A stretch of DNA of 64,000 nucleotides from Clostridia bacterium (GTDB taxonomy: Bacteria; Bacillota; Clostridia; TANB77; CAG-465). The translations under genes and the position numbers were made by a program. Positions within the stretch are counted from its first letter, which is position 1; the number at the start of each line of letters is the position of its first letter. The DNA lies in the NCBI GenBank assembly GCA_045536565.1, contig JAZSNU010000013.1, positions 64,155 through 128,154 on the forward strand. The letters are read 5' to 3'. Below, in pieces: positions 63,774 to 64,000 of the stretch. The notes beneath the pieces were generated by a model that did not search any database, was not told the DNA's origin, and worked only from the letters and a program-made list of their open reading frames with translations.

Positions 63774-64000
63774 GTCACCTCTTTAATATATTTTTCGCAA
63801 ATATTATATAATACTTTTTTAGTTTTGTCAAGTTATGTTAACAAAGTCGTTTTATTCATATTTAGTATATCATTATTTTTATATAATTCAAGTAATTATA
63901 TAATACTTTCTATATATTTTATATATTATAAATAACTATTTAACTAACCGTTCTTTTTTATACTTTTATTGTTTCAAAGTGCAATTTTTGCACTTTGAAA

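Overview
Strongly AT-rich chromosomal window from a spore-forming Clostridia-like firmicute (recA, scpA, obgE, trpS, rplU/rpmA, pth, pgi, gerKA/KB/KC, bofA, spoIIP). Three accessory structures stand out. (1) A Tad/Flp-type pilus locus (1-13001). Two major-pilin paralogs face each other inside ~250-bp inverted repeats with an 82-bp perfectly identical core, around an ISL3, which is the geometry of an invertible pilin switch. (2) A small island beside recA (25022-28255). Single cargo genes are separated by three orphan, degenerate copies of DNA encoding a SecA-type SEC-C C-terminus (CGSGKKYKQCCGK*), each cargo flanked by paired arm-like direct repeats. This looks like a tandem array of integrase-less mini-cassettes whose recombination core is SEC-C DNA. 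(3) A ~21-kb VirB4/VirD4/VirB6/VirB2 type IV secretion-like locus embedded among core genes, with no integrase or MOB relaxase visible and a degenerate replication-relaxation protein. Smaller items: an orphan promoter-terminator sRNA candidate with tandem Spo0A boxes, an Rpn gene with an internal RBS, co-loss of Prp and the L27 extension, and several frameshift or nonsense lesions. All calls come from reading motifs by eye; no searches were run.
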